Assembly: GCA_963727625.1 (NCBI GenBank)
Contig: CAVSHR010000004.1
Location: 384,001 to 448,000, forward strand
Length of the DNA: 64,000 nt
DNA from: an uncultured delta proteobacterium
Lineage (GTDB): Bacteria > Desulfobacterota > Binatia > UBA9968
Reading direction: 5' to 3'
Below, piece by piece: positions 18,601-28,757 of this stretch. The position numbers were made by a program, and so were the translations under genes. The notes below the pieces were generated by a model. That model ran no database searches, had not been told where the DNA came from, and saw only the letters and a program-made list of their open reading frames with translations. The stretch's first letter is position 1, and each line of letters starts with the position of its first letter.

Positions 18601-20040
18601 TTACTTCTTGCCGTTAGTGCCGAACAGCTCCGCGCCCCATTTCTTGGCCGTAGCATCGAGCACTTCCTTGCTCGACTCGGCCACCGGCGGAAAGTCTTTC
18701 ATCCACTCATAGGGCCGGGTCGCGTCGAGGATCGCGCGCGAGTTGAAACCCTTCTTGGTCGGGTGAATGACCGGATCGAGCGGTCCGCTCCAGCAGCGGC
18801 GTAAGATATCGATATCCTGCTCCGGCTCGCAGCGGCTCGACATGGCCCAGATCACGTCGTCGGTGTTGGACGGATCGATATCGTCGTCGACGACCACCAC
18901 GAATCTTCCGAGATAAGCGCCGGCGTGGCACTGCGAGGCGACGATCGCCGCCTGCTTGGCGTGGCCCGGATAGCGCTGCTTGATCGAAACCACCATCATC
19001 AAGCGGCTGCCACCGGAAACGGTCAGCCAGACACCTTTGACATCCGGCACGCCAGCCTTTTCCATTTCGTCCCAAATCAGCGCGGAACGGAGATAGGAGC
19101 GGTACCAGCCCAACTCTGCGGGCGGGCGGCCCGGAGGGGAGCCGAGAATGATCGGATCGTTGCGGTGATAGAGGCGTTTTACTTCGACCCAGGGCTCGGC
19201 GCGTTCGGCGCTGGCATAATAACCGGTCCACTCGCCGAACGGCCCTTCGACCTTCGGGTTATCGAAATGCACGTCGCCTTCGATGACGATTTCGGCGTTG
19301 GCCGGAATCGGCAAGCCCGAGTATTCGCCCTCGATCATCTCGAAGGGCTCGCCGCGCAAACCGCCGATGAATTCATATTCGGGGACGCCGTAAGGCACTT
19401 CGATGCTGCCGGCCAAAAAAGTCAAAGGATCGTGGCCGAAAGACATGGCGATCTTAAAAGGCTCCCCGCTAGCGGCATATTTTTCCCTCTGAATGCGGCC
19501 ATGCTTTCCCGGAGAAATATAAAATCCGACCTTGTTCTTGTCGTGGATCATCACCCGGTAGGTGCCATAATTAACCCAGCCCTCGTCCGGATCGCGCGTG
19601 ATATCGACGCTGCCCGTGCCGATGTAACGGCCCCCGTCTTTGTCGTGCCAAAGCGGAGTGGGGAACTTGAACATATCGATATCGCCATCTTTGTAAACGT
19701 TGTCGAAAAGCCCGCTCTTTTTGACGAACTTCGCCGGCACCGGTTTGATGCTTTTATAGTTGTCTTTCCAGATCTTGACGAAATCCATCTTGGTTTCGCC
19801 GGCGGGAAGGCCGAGAGTCAATGCCAAGCGTTTGCGCGAGGAAAGCGAGTTCGACAACACCCGATAGCCCTTGGGGTAGCCCTTAATGTCTTCGAATAAC
19901 ACGGCCGGACCGTCTTCTTTATGTGCTACGATCTCGGTGATCGCGCCGATCTCCAGGTTCCAGTCACACCCTTTCAACGTCTTTAACTCGCCCATCTCCT
20001 CGGCGATTTGGATCCAGTCTCGTAGATCCTGATATTCCAT
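18601..20040 (-). CDS. UbiD-family prFMN-dependent (de)carboxylase
   Basis: DGGRYIGT, NYGTYR, PANAEIVIEG, EGPFGEWTGYY, VVDDDIDP, DATRP. Confidence 0.93.
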   Translation of the reverse strand: MEYQDLRDWIQIAEEMGELKTLKGCDWNLEIGAITEIVAHKEDGPAVLFEDIKGYPKGYRVLSNSLSSRKRLALTLGLPAGETKMDFVKIWKDNYKSIKPVPAKFVKKSGLFDNVYKDGDIDMFKFPTPLWHDKDGGRYIGTGSVDITRDPDEGWVNYGTYRVMIHDKNKVGFYISPGKHGRIQREKYAASGEPFKIAMSFGHDPLTFLAGSIEVPYGVPEYEFIGGLRGEPFEMIEGEYSGLPIPANAEIVIEGDVHFDNPKVEGPFGEWTGYYASAERAEPWVEVKRLYHRNDPIILGSPPGRPPAELGWYRSYLRSALIWDEMEKAGVPDVKGVWLTVSGGSRLMMVVSIKQRYPGHAKQAAIVASQCHAGAYLGRFVVVVDDDIDPSNTDDVIWAMSSRCEPEQDIDILRRCWSGPLDPVIHPTKKGFNSRAILDATRPYEWMKDFPPVAESSKEVLDATAKKWGAELFGTNGKK

Positions 20041-20109
20041 ATTGGCCTCCTAAATGATTTGAAAACGAAATAAAAAGCTAAATTGAGGTAGTGCTTGTCG
20101 TGCTCTCGC

Positions 20110-20138
20110 ACCTTAGCCAATATTCGCTCCTGGGTCAA
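20110..20138 (-). promoter_or_regulatory. Putative sigma70 promoter for the UbiD-family gene
   Basis: Minus strand TTGACC-N17-TAAGGT. Confidence 0.5.
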
Positions 20139-20207
20139 GTTAGCGTTAGCGGCCATGCCGCTGATTTTCAATTGAAAACAGCGATTTATCATGTTACCCA
20201 GGAGAGT

Positions 20208-20687
20208 GTGTCGAACAAGTTAAAGGATTTAACGGAAGTCACGGCGATCGCCGCCGAAGCTCAAAAACACGGCAAGGTCGTAGTCTTCACCAACGGTTGT
20301 TTTGACCTGTTGCACCTCGGCCATGTGCATATTCTGCGGCAGGCCAAGGCCGGCGGCGATATTCTGATTGTCGGAATCAACAGCGACCGTTCGGTGCAGT
20401 CGATCAAAGGCCCGAAGCGCCCGATTTTGCCGCAAACCGACCGCGTCGAGTTGATTGCGGCGATGGAGATGGTAGACTACGTGATCGTTTACGACGAAGC
20501 CGACCCTTACAAGCTGATTGCCGCAATCAAGCCGAACGTACTTGCAAAAGGCGGGGATTGGAGCACGGACAAAATTATCGGCGCAGAGATCGTCGAACAG
20601 GAAGGCGGTCGAGTGGCCGTAATCCCGTACTTGCAGGGTTATTCCACAACAGAAATCATCGAAAGGATACGAAACCAAAATGGCTAG
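20208..20687 (+). CDS. hldC: D-glycero-beta-D-manno-heptose 1-phosphate adenylyltransferase
   Basis: [31 protein letters not shown]; GTG start with AGGAG SD (rfaE2). Confidence 0.92.
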   Translation: MSNKLKDLTEVTAIAAEAQKHGKVVVFTNGCFDLLHLGHVHILRQAKAGGDILIVGINSDRSVQSIKGPKRPILPQTDRVELIAAMEMVDYVIVYDEADPYKLIAAIKPNVLAKGGDWSTDKIIGAEIVEQEGGRVAVIPYLQGYSTTEIIERIRNQNG

Positions 20688-20871
20688 GATATGTTCGATT
20701 TGCGGCAAAGGCCGCTCGGTTGGTTACAATGTCAGCCACGCTAACAATAAATCGAAACGCTCGTGGAAACCCAATTTGCAGCGCGTGAAGGGCAACTTCG
20801 AAGGTCAAGTGAAGCGCGCCTTGGTTTGCACCGACTGCATTCACTCGGGCAAAGTGCAAAAAGTCGCTTAA
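20680..20871 (+). CDS. rpmB: 50S ribosomal protein L28 (Zn-ribbon type)
   Basis: [30 protein letters not shown]...VCTDC. Confidence 0.96.
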   Translation: MARICSICGKGRSVGYNVSHANNKSKRSWKPNLQRVKGNFEGQVKRALVCTDCIHSGKVQKVA

Positions 20872-20888
20872 GCTCTCGCCTCGTCAGG

Positions 20889-23102
20889 CTAATGCAACTC
20901 CTCTTTTTGAACCTGATCTAACTCAATTTTGCCGCCGGTTCTGCCGCGCGCCCGAACCGCCTTGTAGACGCCGTTAACCTTGGCGATGTTCTGCAGTACC
21001 CGGTTGAGGTGTTCGGAATTTTTTATCATCACCTCGAAAGTGTTGATCGCGCGTTGACTTGAAAAGGTTCGCACCTGCGCGCGGGCGATGTTGGCCTCGG
21101 CGCTGGTGATCGCCGAGCTGATCGACGCCAACAGTCCGGGTCGATCGACGCAAGTTACTTCGATTTTCACCGGCCGCGGCGACTGGTCAGCGTCCTCCCA
21201 GCTCACGTCGATTTTTCGATGCGGGTCGCTTTCCAGCACCGTCGGGCAACCGACGGTATGGATCGTCACGCCGCGACCGCGGGTGATGAAACCGATGATA
21301 TGCTCCCCTGGTAGCGGATGGCAGCAAAGCGCGAAGCGCACCAGCACGTCGTCGACGCCTTTGACGCGAATCCCCAAACCGCGCTTTTGTTTGGACACCA
21401 GACGAAACAACGATTCGAGAGCGCCGTCGGCCTTCTTTAGCCCAGGATCGAGCTTTTCCGGTGCAATCAGCTTGGCGAGTACATGTCGGGTGGTGATACG
21501 GCCGTAACCGATGGCCGCAAGCAACGCCTCTTCGTCTTTCATTCCGAGCTCATTGGTCACCCAATCAACTCTTCCTTCGCCTCGCAACACGGCGTAGTCG
21601 AGCTGATAGCGATGCAGATCGCCGTCGAGTATTTCCCGCCCTAGCAACACGCTCCGTTCGCGTTGCTGGGTTTTCAACCAGTTGCGGATTTTGGTTCTAG
21701 CGCGCGGCGTCTTGACCCATTTTAGCCAGTCGCGGCTGGGAAATTGCTGCTGCGTGGTAATGATCTCCACCGTGTCGCCACTGCGCAAGATGTATTTAAG
21801 CGACACCAGTTGGCCGTTCACTCGCGCCCCCGAGCAATGCTGACCCACTTCGGAGTGAATTCGATAGGCGAAATCGATGACTGTAGAGCCTTTGGGGAAG
21901 TTCAGGAGATCTCCCTTGGGCGTAAACACGTACATCGACGTGGAAAACAAATCCTCTTTCAAACTGTGCAAAAACTCCTGCGGATCCTGCATGTTTTCCT
22001 GCCATTCGAGCATTTGCCGGAGCCAAGCGAATCTTTGAATGTCGCTGACCTGAAACGCTTCGCCCTCCTTGTAGCGCCAGTGTGCCGCGATCCCCTCTTC
22101 GGCGACCCTGTGCATTTCATGGGTGCGAATCTGGATCTCGATGCGCTCGCCGTAGGGGCCGATCACGCTGGTATGGAGCGATTGGTACATGTTGAGCTTG
22201 GGCAAGGCGATATAATCTTTGAAGCGCCCCGACACCGGGCGCCACTGGGAATGCACCACGCCGAGCGCTTCGTAGCACTCGCGCTGGGTGTCCACCAGGA
22301 TCCGAAAGGCGACGAGATCATAAATCTGATCGTAGAGCAGATTTTGGCTCTCCATTTTCTGATAGATACTGTAAAAATGTTTAGGCCGCCCGCTCACCTC
22401 TGCCTCGATGCCTTCGGCCTCGAGTTTTTTGGTGATGATCGAGTTCACTTCCTCGATGTATTTTTCCCGGTCGCTCTTCTTCTTCGCGACGTTGCGCTTG
22501 AGCTGATAGTAAATTTCAGGGTTAAGGTACTTGAGCGCGAGGTCTTCCAATTCGCTTTTAATCCAGGCGATGCCGAGCCGATGGGATAACGGTGCGTAGA
22601 TGTCCAAGGTCTCCTGAGCGGTGAGGATGCGCTTTTGCGGCGGCATATGGTCGAGCGTACGCATATTATGAACCCGGTCGGCAAGCTTGATCAAGATGAC
22701 GCGCACGTCCTTGCCCATCGCTAGCAACATTTTGCGGAAGTTTTCCGCCTGCTTCTCTTCTCGACTGCTAAAGTTCGCCCGCCCTAGTTTGGTCACGCCG
22801 TCGACCAGCGCGGCGACCTCGCGGCCGAACAGGTTCTTAATCTCGTCGAGGCTGGTCAGAGTATCTTCGACCGTGTCGTGCAACAGCCCCCCGACGATGC
22901 TCGGCACATCGAGCTTGAGATCCGCAATGATATTAGCCACCGCCATGGGATGGATCAGATAAGGTTCGCCGGAAAGCCGCTTTTGACCCTGGTGTACCTT
23001 GGCGGAGAAATCGTAAGCCTTGCGAATCAGCTCCACATCTGCAGTGGGATAGTAGGACCGCACCTTGTCGAGCAGATCGCTAATTTTCGCTTCTTTGCCC
23101 AT
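20889..23102 (-). CDS. Bifunctional (p)ppGpp synthetase/hydrolase (Rel/SpoT)
   Basis: Intact HD motif (LLHDTVEDT), RPKH, YQSLHT, EIQIRT, TGS, CC and ACT domains. Confidence 0.96.
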   Translation of the reverse strand: MGKEAKISDLLDKVRSYYPTADVELIRKAYDFSAKVHQGQKRLSGEPYLIHPMAVANIIADLKLDVPSIVGGLLHDTVEDTLTSLDEIKNLFGREVAALVDGVTKLGRANFSSREEKQAENFRKMLLAMGKDVRVILIKLADRVHNMRTLDHMPPQKRILTAQETLDIYAPLSHRLGIAWIKSELEDLALKYLNPEIYYQLKRNVAKKKSDREKYIEEVNSIITKKLEAEGIEAEVSGRPKHFYSIYQKMESQNLLYDQIYDLVAFRILVDTQRECYEALGVVHSQWRPVSGRFKDYIALPKLNMYQSLHTSVIGPYGERIEIQIRTHEMHRVAEEGIAAHWRYKEGEAFQVSDIQRFAWLRQMLEWQENMQDPQEFLHSLKEDLFSTSMYVFTPKGDLLNFPKGSTVIDFAYRIHSEVGQHCSGARVNGQLVSLKYILRSGDTVEIITTQQQFPSRDWLKWVKTPRARTKIRNWLKTQQRERSVLLGREILDGDLHRYQLDYAVLRGEGRVDWVTNELGMKDEEALLAAIGYGRITTRHVLAKLIAPEKLDPGLKKADGALESLFRLVSKQKRGLGIRVKGVDDVLVRFALCCHPLPGEHIIGFITRGRGVTIHTVGCPTVLESDPHRKIDVSWEDADQSPRPVKIEVTCVDRPGLLASISSAITSAEANIARAQVRTFSSQRAINTFEVMIKNSEHLNRVLQNIAKVNGVYKAVRARGRTGGKIELDQVQKEELH

Positions 23103-23751
23103 TCGTCTTCCGGCTGCCGTTGCCGCGCAGAGGTTCGATCAGCCACTTGTTGACTCGAGCGATCTTCGCCCGCTCGGCCTCGACGATCGCGCTCAAGGCA
23201 AAAACTGCCGGTTTAACCTCCTGGTTAACCACGTAGTAATCATAATGGATTATCTCCCCTATTTCACCTCGGGCGTTGGCCAGCCGGCGGCGGATGATTT
23301 CCTTGCCGTCGGTGCCTCGCGCCGCCAGTCGGCGTTCCAATTCGCGCAATGACGGCGGCAAGAGAAAAATAGAAACGGCTTTTGGAAAGGCCTTTTTAAT
23401 TTGGCGCGCGCCCTGAACATCGATATCGAGGAGAATATCCCTTCCCGTGCGCACGCACCGTTCAAGGGGTTTTTTCGGTGTGGCGTAAAAATAGTCATGC
23501 ACCTTGGCCCATTCGGCAAAGGCGCCCGTTCGCTTGAGATCGTCGAACTGGCGTTCGCTGACGAAGCGATAATCCCGGCCGTCAATCTCGCCGGGGCGCT
23601 GGCCGCGCGTGGTATAGGACACAGAGAGCTCGATCTCGGGGTGAATTTCTCGCAGTCCGTTGTAGAGGGTAGTTTTGCCCGCGCCGGAGGGGGCCGATAG
23701 GATAAAAATAATCCCCAGCCGCTTGGCCGGCACAGCTGCTAAACGTTTCAT
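23080..23751 (-). CDS. gmk: Guanylate kinase
   Basis: SAPSGAGKTT, SYTTR..RPGE, DIDVQGA, LERRL..RGTD. Confidence 0.95.
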   Translation of the reverse strand: MKRLAAVPAKRLGIIFILSAPSGAGKTTLYNGLREIHPEIELSVSYTTRGQRPGEIDGRDYRFVSERQFDDLKRTGAFAEWAKVHDYFYATPKKPLERCVRTGRDILLDIDVQGARQIKKAFPKAVSIFLLPPSLRELERRLAARGTDGKEIIRRRLANARGEIGEIIHYDYYVVNQEVKPAVFALSAIVEAERAKIARVNKWLIEPLRGNGSRKTNGQRSEN

Positions 23752-24608
23752 TCGACGTTTTGTGCCTGTTCGCGAATTTTCTCCACCCGTTCTTTGCCCT
23801 GCAGGACTAACTGCACGACCGGCAGCTGGGGCACTTTCGAGCTGATGGTATTCAGCTCGCGGTTCACTTCCTGGAGCATGAAATCGAGTTTTTTACCTAC
23901 CGGCTCACGCTCGCGAATCACTTTAGCCAAAGCCGCGACATGGGTCTTAAGGCGGACGATCTCCTCGTTGACGTCTCCCTTAAACGACACGATCGCCAGG
24001 TCAGGAGAATCCTTTTCCCCGTTTGAACCGTTTACCGCCTCCAAAGATGAGCCCTTTTGCAATCGCAACGGATTCTCCGCCGTGCGATCTTCCAGGAGAA
24101 CGGCGATCTGCGTGAGGTGACGAATTTGCGCTTCCATGTCCGCCTTGAGATGGCCACCTTCGCGTTCGCGCGAACGATTCAGTTTATTCAATGCGCTCGC
24201 CAGCGATTTCATCACTGCTTGGCGCTCGCCGGCGGGGTCGGCCTCGGGTTCACGTACATGCAACAGATCGGGTATGTTGGAAAGCAAAGAAACACCGACC
24301 TCGCCTGCCAGATGATATTTCTTCTGCAACTGTTTTACGCCTGCGATGTATTGACCGACCAACCCTTCATCCATTTCCAATTTGCGCGCCTGTGCTTTAG
24401 CCGAATATCGGTTGACGAACAGATCTACCCGGCCGCGCGATATCTTGCCCCGCAGTATCTTACGAATTTCTTCTTCGAGCGCGAGATACTCTCTGGGCAC
24501 GCGCAACTGCAAGTCCAGGTGCCGGTGGTTAAGACTCCGGATCTGCACCGTCACTTTGGTGCCGCGAACACTGTGCGCCCCTTCGCCGTAACCGGTCATA
24601 CTCTTCAT
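23748..24608 (-). CDS. yicC: YicC/YloC-family endoribonuclease
   Basis: MKSMTGYG, SLNHRHLD, GKKLDFMLQEVNRELNTISSK, REQAQNVE. Confidence 0.93.
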   Translation of the reverse strand: MKSMTGYGEGAHSVRGTKVTVQIRSLNHRHLDLQLRVPREYLALEEEIRKILRGKISRGRVDLFVNRYSAKAQARKLEMDEGLVGQYIAGVKQLQKKYHLAGEVGVSLLSNIPDLLHVREPEADPAGERQAVMKSLASALNKLNRSREREGGHLKADMEAQIRHLTQIAVLLEDRTAENPLRLQKGSSLEAVNGSNGEKDSPDLAIVSFKGDVNEEIVRLKTHVAALAKVIREREPVGKKLDFMLQEVNRELNTISSKVPQLPVVQLVLQGKERVEKIREQAQNVE

Positions 24609-25588
24609 ACCGTATCCTCGATAATACGTTTTAACCTTTCAAAGGGAACCGCCACCGTGCCGACCTCGTCACCGACAAAGCCGCCGGCCAGATTGGCGAG
24701 CACCGCCGCCTCCTCGTAGGCCGCGCCCCCGGCCAACGCCAGGGCACAAACCGAGACCACCGTATCACCTGCTCCGGTGACATCGAAGACGTCCCGCGGC
24801 GCGGTCGGGAAATGCTTGACCGGCAGGCGCGGACGAAACAAACTCATGCCTTCCGCGCCGCGCGTGATCAGCACCGCCTGCGCACGCCACTTGCGCAGCA
24901 GTTTATTGCCGGCCATACGCAGGGTCTTCTCGTCGATGATCGGGATACCGGCAGCCTCGCTGGCTTCATTCTTATTGGGCGTAATCAGCGTGAGCGATCG
25001 GTAGCGCTCGTAATTTTCCTTTTTAGGATCGACGACGCAAACGATCTTCCTCTTGCCGACTACCGCCACGACGGTGGCGAGAAGCTCCTCATGAATCACT
25101 CCCTTGCCGTAATCGGAAATCACGATCGCGTCCATCCGCGCCGCCTTGGCGGCAATGAAGTCACGCATTTTTTTCAAAGTGGCACGCGCGATAGGTTGGC
25201 GGTTCTCGCGGTCCAGCCGGACGATTTGCTGGTGATGCGGACTGGCGATGACGCGACTTTTCTGAATGGTCTGAAAAGCCGCATCGACGAACACACCGGC
25301 AGTGGAAGCGCCGACCTTTTTGAGCGCGCCGATGATTCTGCCGCCGGCGTCGTCTTTGCCGACGATACCGCAGGCGGTTACCTGTCCTCCCAGCGAGCGC
25401 ACGTTGTGAGCCACGTTCGCCGCCCCACCCAAGCTCGTTTTCTCGGAAACCACTCGAAGCACCGGGACCGGCGCCTCGGGCGAAAGCCGTTCGACATCGC
25501 CCCAAATAAAACGGTCGAGCATTAAATCACCGACCACGAGCAATTGCCGGTCGGCAAAATTATCGAGTATATCCGAAAATCGATTCAT
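24605..25588 (-). CDS. hldA: D-glycero-beta-D-manno-heptose-7-phosphate kinase
   Basis: GDLMLD, RLSPEAPVPV, GGAANVA, SDYGKG, DVTGAGDT (rfaE1). Confidence 0.94.
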   Translation of the reverse strand: MNRFSDILDNFADRQLLVVGDLMLDRFIWGDVERLSPEAPVPVLRVVSEKTSLGGAANVAHNVRSLGGQVTACGIVGKDDAGGRIIGALKKVGASTAGVFVDAAFQTIQKSRVIASPHHQQIVRLDRENRQPIARATLKKMRDFIAAKAARMDAIVISDYGKGVIHEELLATVVAVVGKRKIVCVVDPKKENYERYRSLTLITPNKNEASEAAGIPIIDEKTLRMAGNKLLRKWRAQAVLITRGAEGMSLFRPRLPVKHFPTAPRDVFDVTGAGDTVVSVCALALAGGAAYEEAAVLANLAGGFVGDEVGTVAVPFERLKRIIEDTV

Positions 25589-25609
25589 CGATATGGAATC
25601 AACACAAAA

Positions 25610-26716
25610 TCAAGCTGACGCGTTCAAAAGATCAAAGTAGTAGGACTCGTTTTGTCGCGCCATGTTTTCTAAAGAAAAATGTTGCCGCACCCGCTCGCGC
25701 CCTTGCCGCCCCATCGTCTTAGCGAGCGCCGGGGAGCTTACCAGTTTGGCGATCGCTGAGGCTAGCGAAACGGCTTCGCGGGGCGGCACGAGCAGGCCGG
25801 TGACGCCGTCGACCACCGACTCGGCGAGACCGCCGACGCGGAAGGCTACTACCGGTTTAGCCGCAGCCATCGCTTCCAGGGCGGCCACCCCCAAACCCTC
25901 GAACAACGACGGCATTGCCACCAGATCGATGCCGGCGAGGAACTCCGCCGCGTCGTCGACAAAACCCATGAAGCGCACCTCATCGCGCAAACCCGCGCGC
26001 GCGACATCGGATTCGAGCCGGGCACGCAATGGACCATCGCCGGCGATTTTGTAGTGAATTTTTAAACCTTGCGCTTTCAATCGCGCCGCCGCTTCGATCA
26101 AATAACGGTGCCCCTTGCGCTCATCGAGGCCGCCCAAACAACCGACCACGGTGGCACCGTCTCCGCGTTCTCCCCGCGCGTGCTCCACCTCGAAACGACT
26201 CGTTTCGATGCCGCTGGGGATGTAGCGAATTTTTTGCTGTTCCACGCCGGCGCGCGCGAGCAGATCGGCGATCGCTTGCGAGATCGCCACCACACCATCG
26301 ACGCGCCGATTATATAACCGGTCCGTGAACCAACTGCGCCTTTCCGGATAGTCCATTCGCCGCGTCACCAGGTATTTCGGCCTGCCTCCGACGCGCGGCA
26401 GCCAGAGCGCCAGAGTATGCGCCCGCTTGGTATGAAAATGCACGATGTCGTAAGCCGTCTCGCCGATCAGTCGGCGCAATGCCGGAACGCAGCGCAAATC
26501 GATGTCGTTACGCATGACCAGCGGGAAGGTTCGAACCGCAAGTTTATGGCAGCGGCTAAAAAGCAATCCGCTCGGATGGGCTAAAAGATCGTTGCAATGC
26601 CCCTTGGCTGAGAGATAAGCCAGCAGCCCCAGGACCTGCGCCTCCCCACCACCCCAATTTGTCTCAGGATCGATGTGTAAGATCTTAAGAACGCGGCTAT
26701 CACCGCTTCCGCCCAA
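25610..26716 (-). CDS. GT4-family glycosyltransferase
   Basis: WGGGEAQV, PSLFEGLGVAALEAMA (E-x7-E). Confidence 0.9.
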   Translation of the reverse strand: MGGSGDSRVLKILHIDPETNWGGGEAQVLGLLAYLSAKGHCNDLLAHPSGLLFSRCHKLAVRTFPLVMRNDIDLRCVPALRRLIGETAYDIVHFHTKRAHTLALWLPRVGGRPKYLVTRRMDYPERRSWFTDRLYNRRVDGVVAISQAIADLLARAGVEQQKIRYIPSGIETSRFEVEHARGERGDGATVVGCLGGLDERKGHRYLIEAAARLKAQGLKIHYKIAGDGPLRARLESDVARAGLRDEVRFMGFVDDAAEFLAGIDLVAMPSLFEGLGVAALEAMAAAKPVVAFRVGGLAESVVDGVTGLLVPPREAVSLASAIAKLVSSPALAKTMGRQGRERVRQHFSLENMARQNESYYFDLLNASA

Positions 26717-27506
26717 GTTTCTGTTTCTCCTCTAGTTCAAGCTCCCAAAGCTTAGCATACTTAAGAAAAACATAAACCGCAGCGCTGAGCGCGACATAAA
26801 ATCCTGCAAACCCCTCCATGAAACCGCGCTTGATTATGTAAGAGCGAAAAAACCGCACGGCTGGCCGCACTAACGCGTCACTCAGTCGCCATCGCCCGCC
26901 CTCTTTCTTGAGCTCCCGGGAGGAAATCTCGGTAAAACGATTGATGCGTTGAAAATGATCTTCAATGTTCCGATAAGAAAAATGGTGCAGCGGATTCCGT
27001 AAACGCCGCACCAGCCCGTCGACGATAATTTTTTCATGGGGGTCCGAACCTCCCCAGGTCGCCCGGTCGCGCCGGAAAAGCCGCACGTCGTAATCCGGGT
27101 ACCACCCCCCACGCCACCACCAACGGCCGAGATAGTAGACCAAACGAGGCACGGCGTATCCAGCGTAGGCGTCGTTTTGCTGTGTTAAGACAGCTATGAT
27201 TTCCCGCTGAAGCTCGGCGGTTACGCGCTCGTCCGAATCGACCAGCAAGACCCAGTCTTTGGTCGCCCGAGAATGAGCGTAGGCTTTTTGGTCGCGATAG
27301 CCGGCCCAGGCGCGCTGAATAAAACGATCGGTGTAGCGCCGGCAAATTTCCGGTGTTCGGTCCGTACTGAAGGAATCGACGACAACGATCTCGTCGCACC
27401 AGCGCAGGCTTTCGAGACAGTCCATGATCCGGTCTTCCTCGTTGAAGCAAACCACAATAGCGGAAACGGCCGCTCTAGAGGAGGAGTTTGTGCGTTCAAC
27501 AACCAT
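26700..27506 (-). CDS. GT2 beta-glucosyltransferase (KdtX/WaaE-like), LPS core
   Basis: VVDSFSTDRT, VDSDE, WYPDY..RLF, PHE, GFMEG..GF. Confidence 0.88.
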   Translation of the reverse strand: MVVERTNSSSRAAVSAIVVCFNEEDRIMDCLESLRWCDEIVVVDSFSTDRTPEICRRYTDRFIQRAWAGYRDQKAYAHSRATKDWVLLVDSDERVTAELQREIIAVLTQQNDAYAGYAVPRLVYYLGRWWWRGGWYPDYDVRLFRRDRATWGGSDPHEKIIVDGLVRRLRNPLHHFSYRNIEDHFQRINRFTEISSRELKKEGGRWRLSDALVRPAVRFFRSYIIKRGFMEGFAGFYVALSAAVYVFLKYAKLWELELEEKQKLGRKR

Positions 27507-27845
27507 CGCCGTCAGAAGCTAGGGAGAGAATCAGTAAAACGCAAATGACTGCTTCAATCGAGTTTGATCAGAGGTAGCGAACCTTGCCCATTCAGGGCCG
27601 CCAAATAAAAGAGGTTGATGATAGTTATGCCTGCTAGACATGCCCGCAATAGTTGAGACCGTGCAGTGATGTTTTTACTTTGTAAAAATCCGACCTCGTC
27701 GGTGTGGGATACTCACCAAGCATGACATCATCAGCAAGCGAGGATCGCTTCGCCAAATTAAGATCGACGATATCCTCGCCGCTCTAGAGAATCCGGCGCC
27801 CTTACTGGAAACCCGCCGGTCGGGCCCTTCTTCAAGCAGCAGCGT

Positions 27846-28748
27846 CTAGCGATGACCAGTGATTCTTTTGGTCTTCTCGGCGAGCATCGCGCGGTAGTGA
27901 AAGTAGCGACCCTTCGCTCGATACTGTTTGCGGACGTTAGCTCTATACGAATACCACATAAAAGTACACACCGCGCGCATTAGATTCGGTAAGATGGTCG
28001 CAATGGATTGATTCTTATAAATAAGGCGACTCCGACCCTGCTGTTCATGACGCTGCCGGAAAAATCCTTCGGTCAGACGCATCCAGTCGACAACGTGATA
28101 CACGGCAGCTGCAGGGGCATACCCGATCGTACCACCGCTCTGAAGAAGTCGTTTCGCAAACTCCACGTCCTCTGAAATTCCAGAACGGCCGGGGCCAAGT
28201 TCTTCGTTGAAATAGCCGATACGGGGGAACACTTCCTTACGAATTGCCATGTTTGCCCCAGTCAGGGTCTTCAAGGTCGTTAACCTGGGCGAGTACCTCA
28301 CAAAATTGATCGTTCTGAATTTTTGCTGCGCCTCTATAAATTGACGGTTTATTTTCATTTCCGGCGGAATCAGAATGGGTCCCTGCATGGCGTCGTGAGG
28401 TTTTTCTCGGAAAAACTTCGCCGCCTCCCGCAGCCAACTTGGGTCAACGACGACATCATCGTCGAAGAAAGCTAAAACCGCTCCCCGAGCCTGTCTAATC
28501 GCTTTGTTCTGGGCCTTGCATTTGCCCGCTGTCGGCTCCCTCACTTCTCGGAGATAATCTCCGTGGCGCTGACGAAGATTTTCCAAAATTTGGGTAATGC
28601 GTCCGGAAGCCTGTTCGTCGCGACCATTATTGGCAACGATCACCTCGTGTCGCACATCACTGGGTTGGAAATGTTCGATTATGCTATTGAGCAAAAGGAG
28701 GAGAGAATCGCACCGCTCATAGGTGGCAATGATAATACTAAATTCCAT
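27846..28748 (-). CDS. GT2-family glycosyltransferase
   Basis: SIIIATYER, FFDDD, GANMAIRK, EDVEF. Confidence 0.88.
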   Translation of the reverse strand: MEFSIIIATYERCDSLLLLLNSIIEHFQPSDVRHEVIVANNGRDEQASGRITQILENLRQRHGDYLREVREPTAGKCKAQNKAIRQARGAVLAFFDDDVVVDPSWLREAAKFFREKPHDAMQGPILIPPEMKINRQFIEAQQKFRTINFVRYSPRLTTLKTLTGANMAIRKEVFPRIGYFNEELGPGRSGISEDVEFAKRLLQSGGTIGYAPAAAVYHVVDWMRLTEGFFRQRHEQQGRSRLIYKNQSIATILPNLMRAVCTFMWYSYRANVRKQYRAKGRYFHYRAMLAEKTKRITGHR

Positions 28749-28757
28749 GGCGAACCC

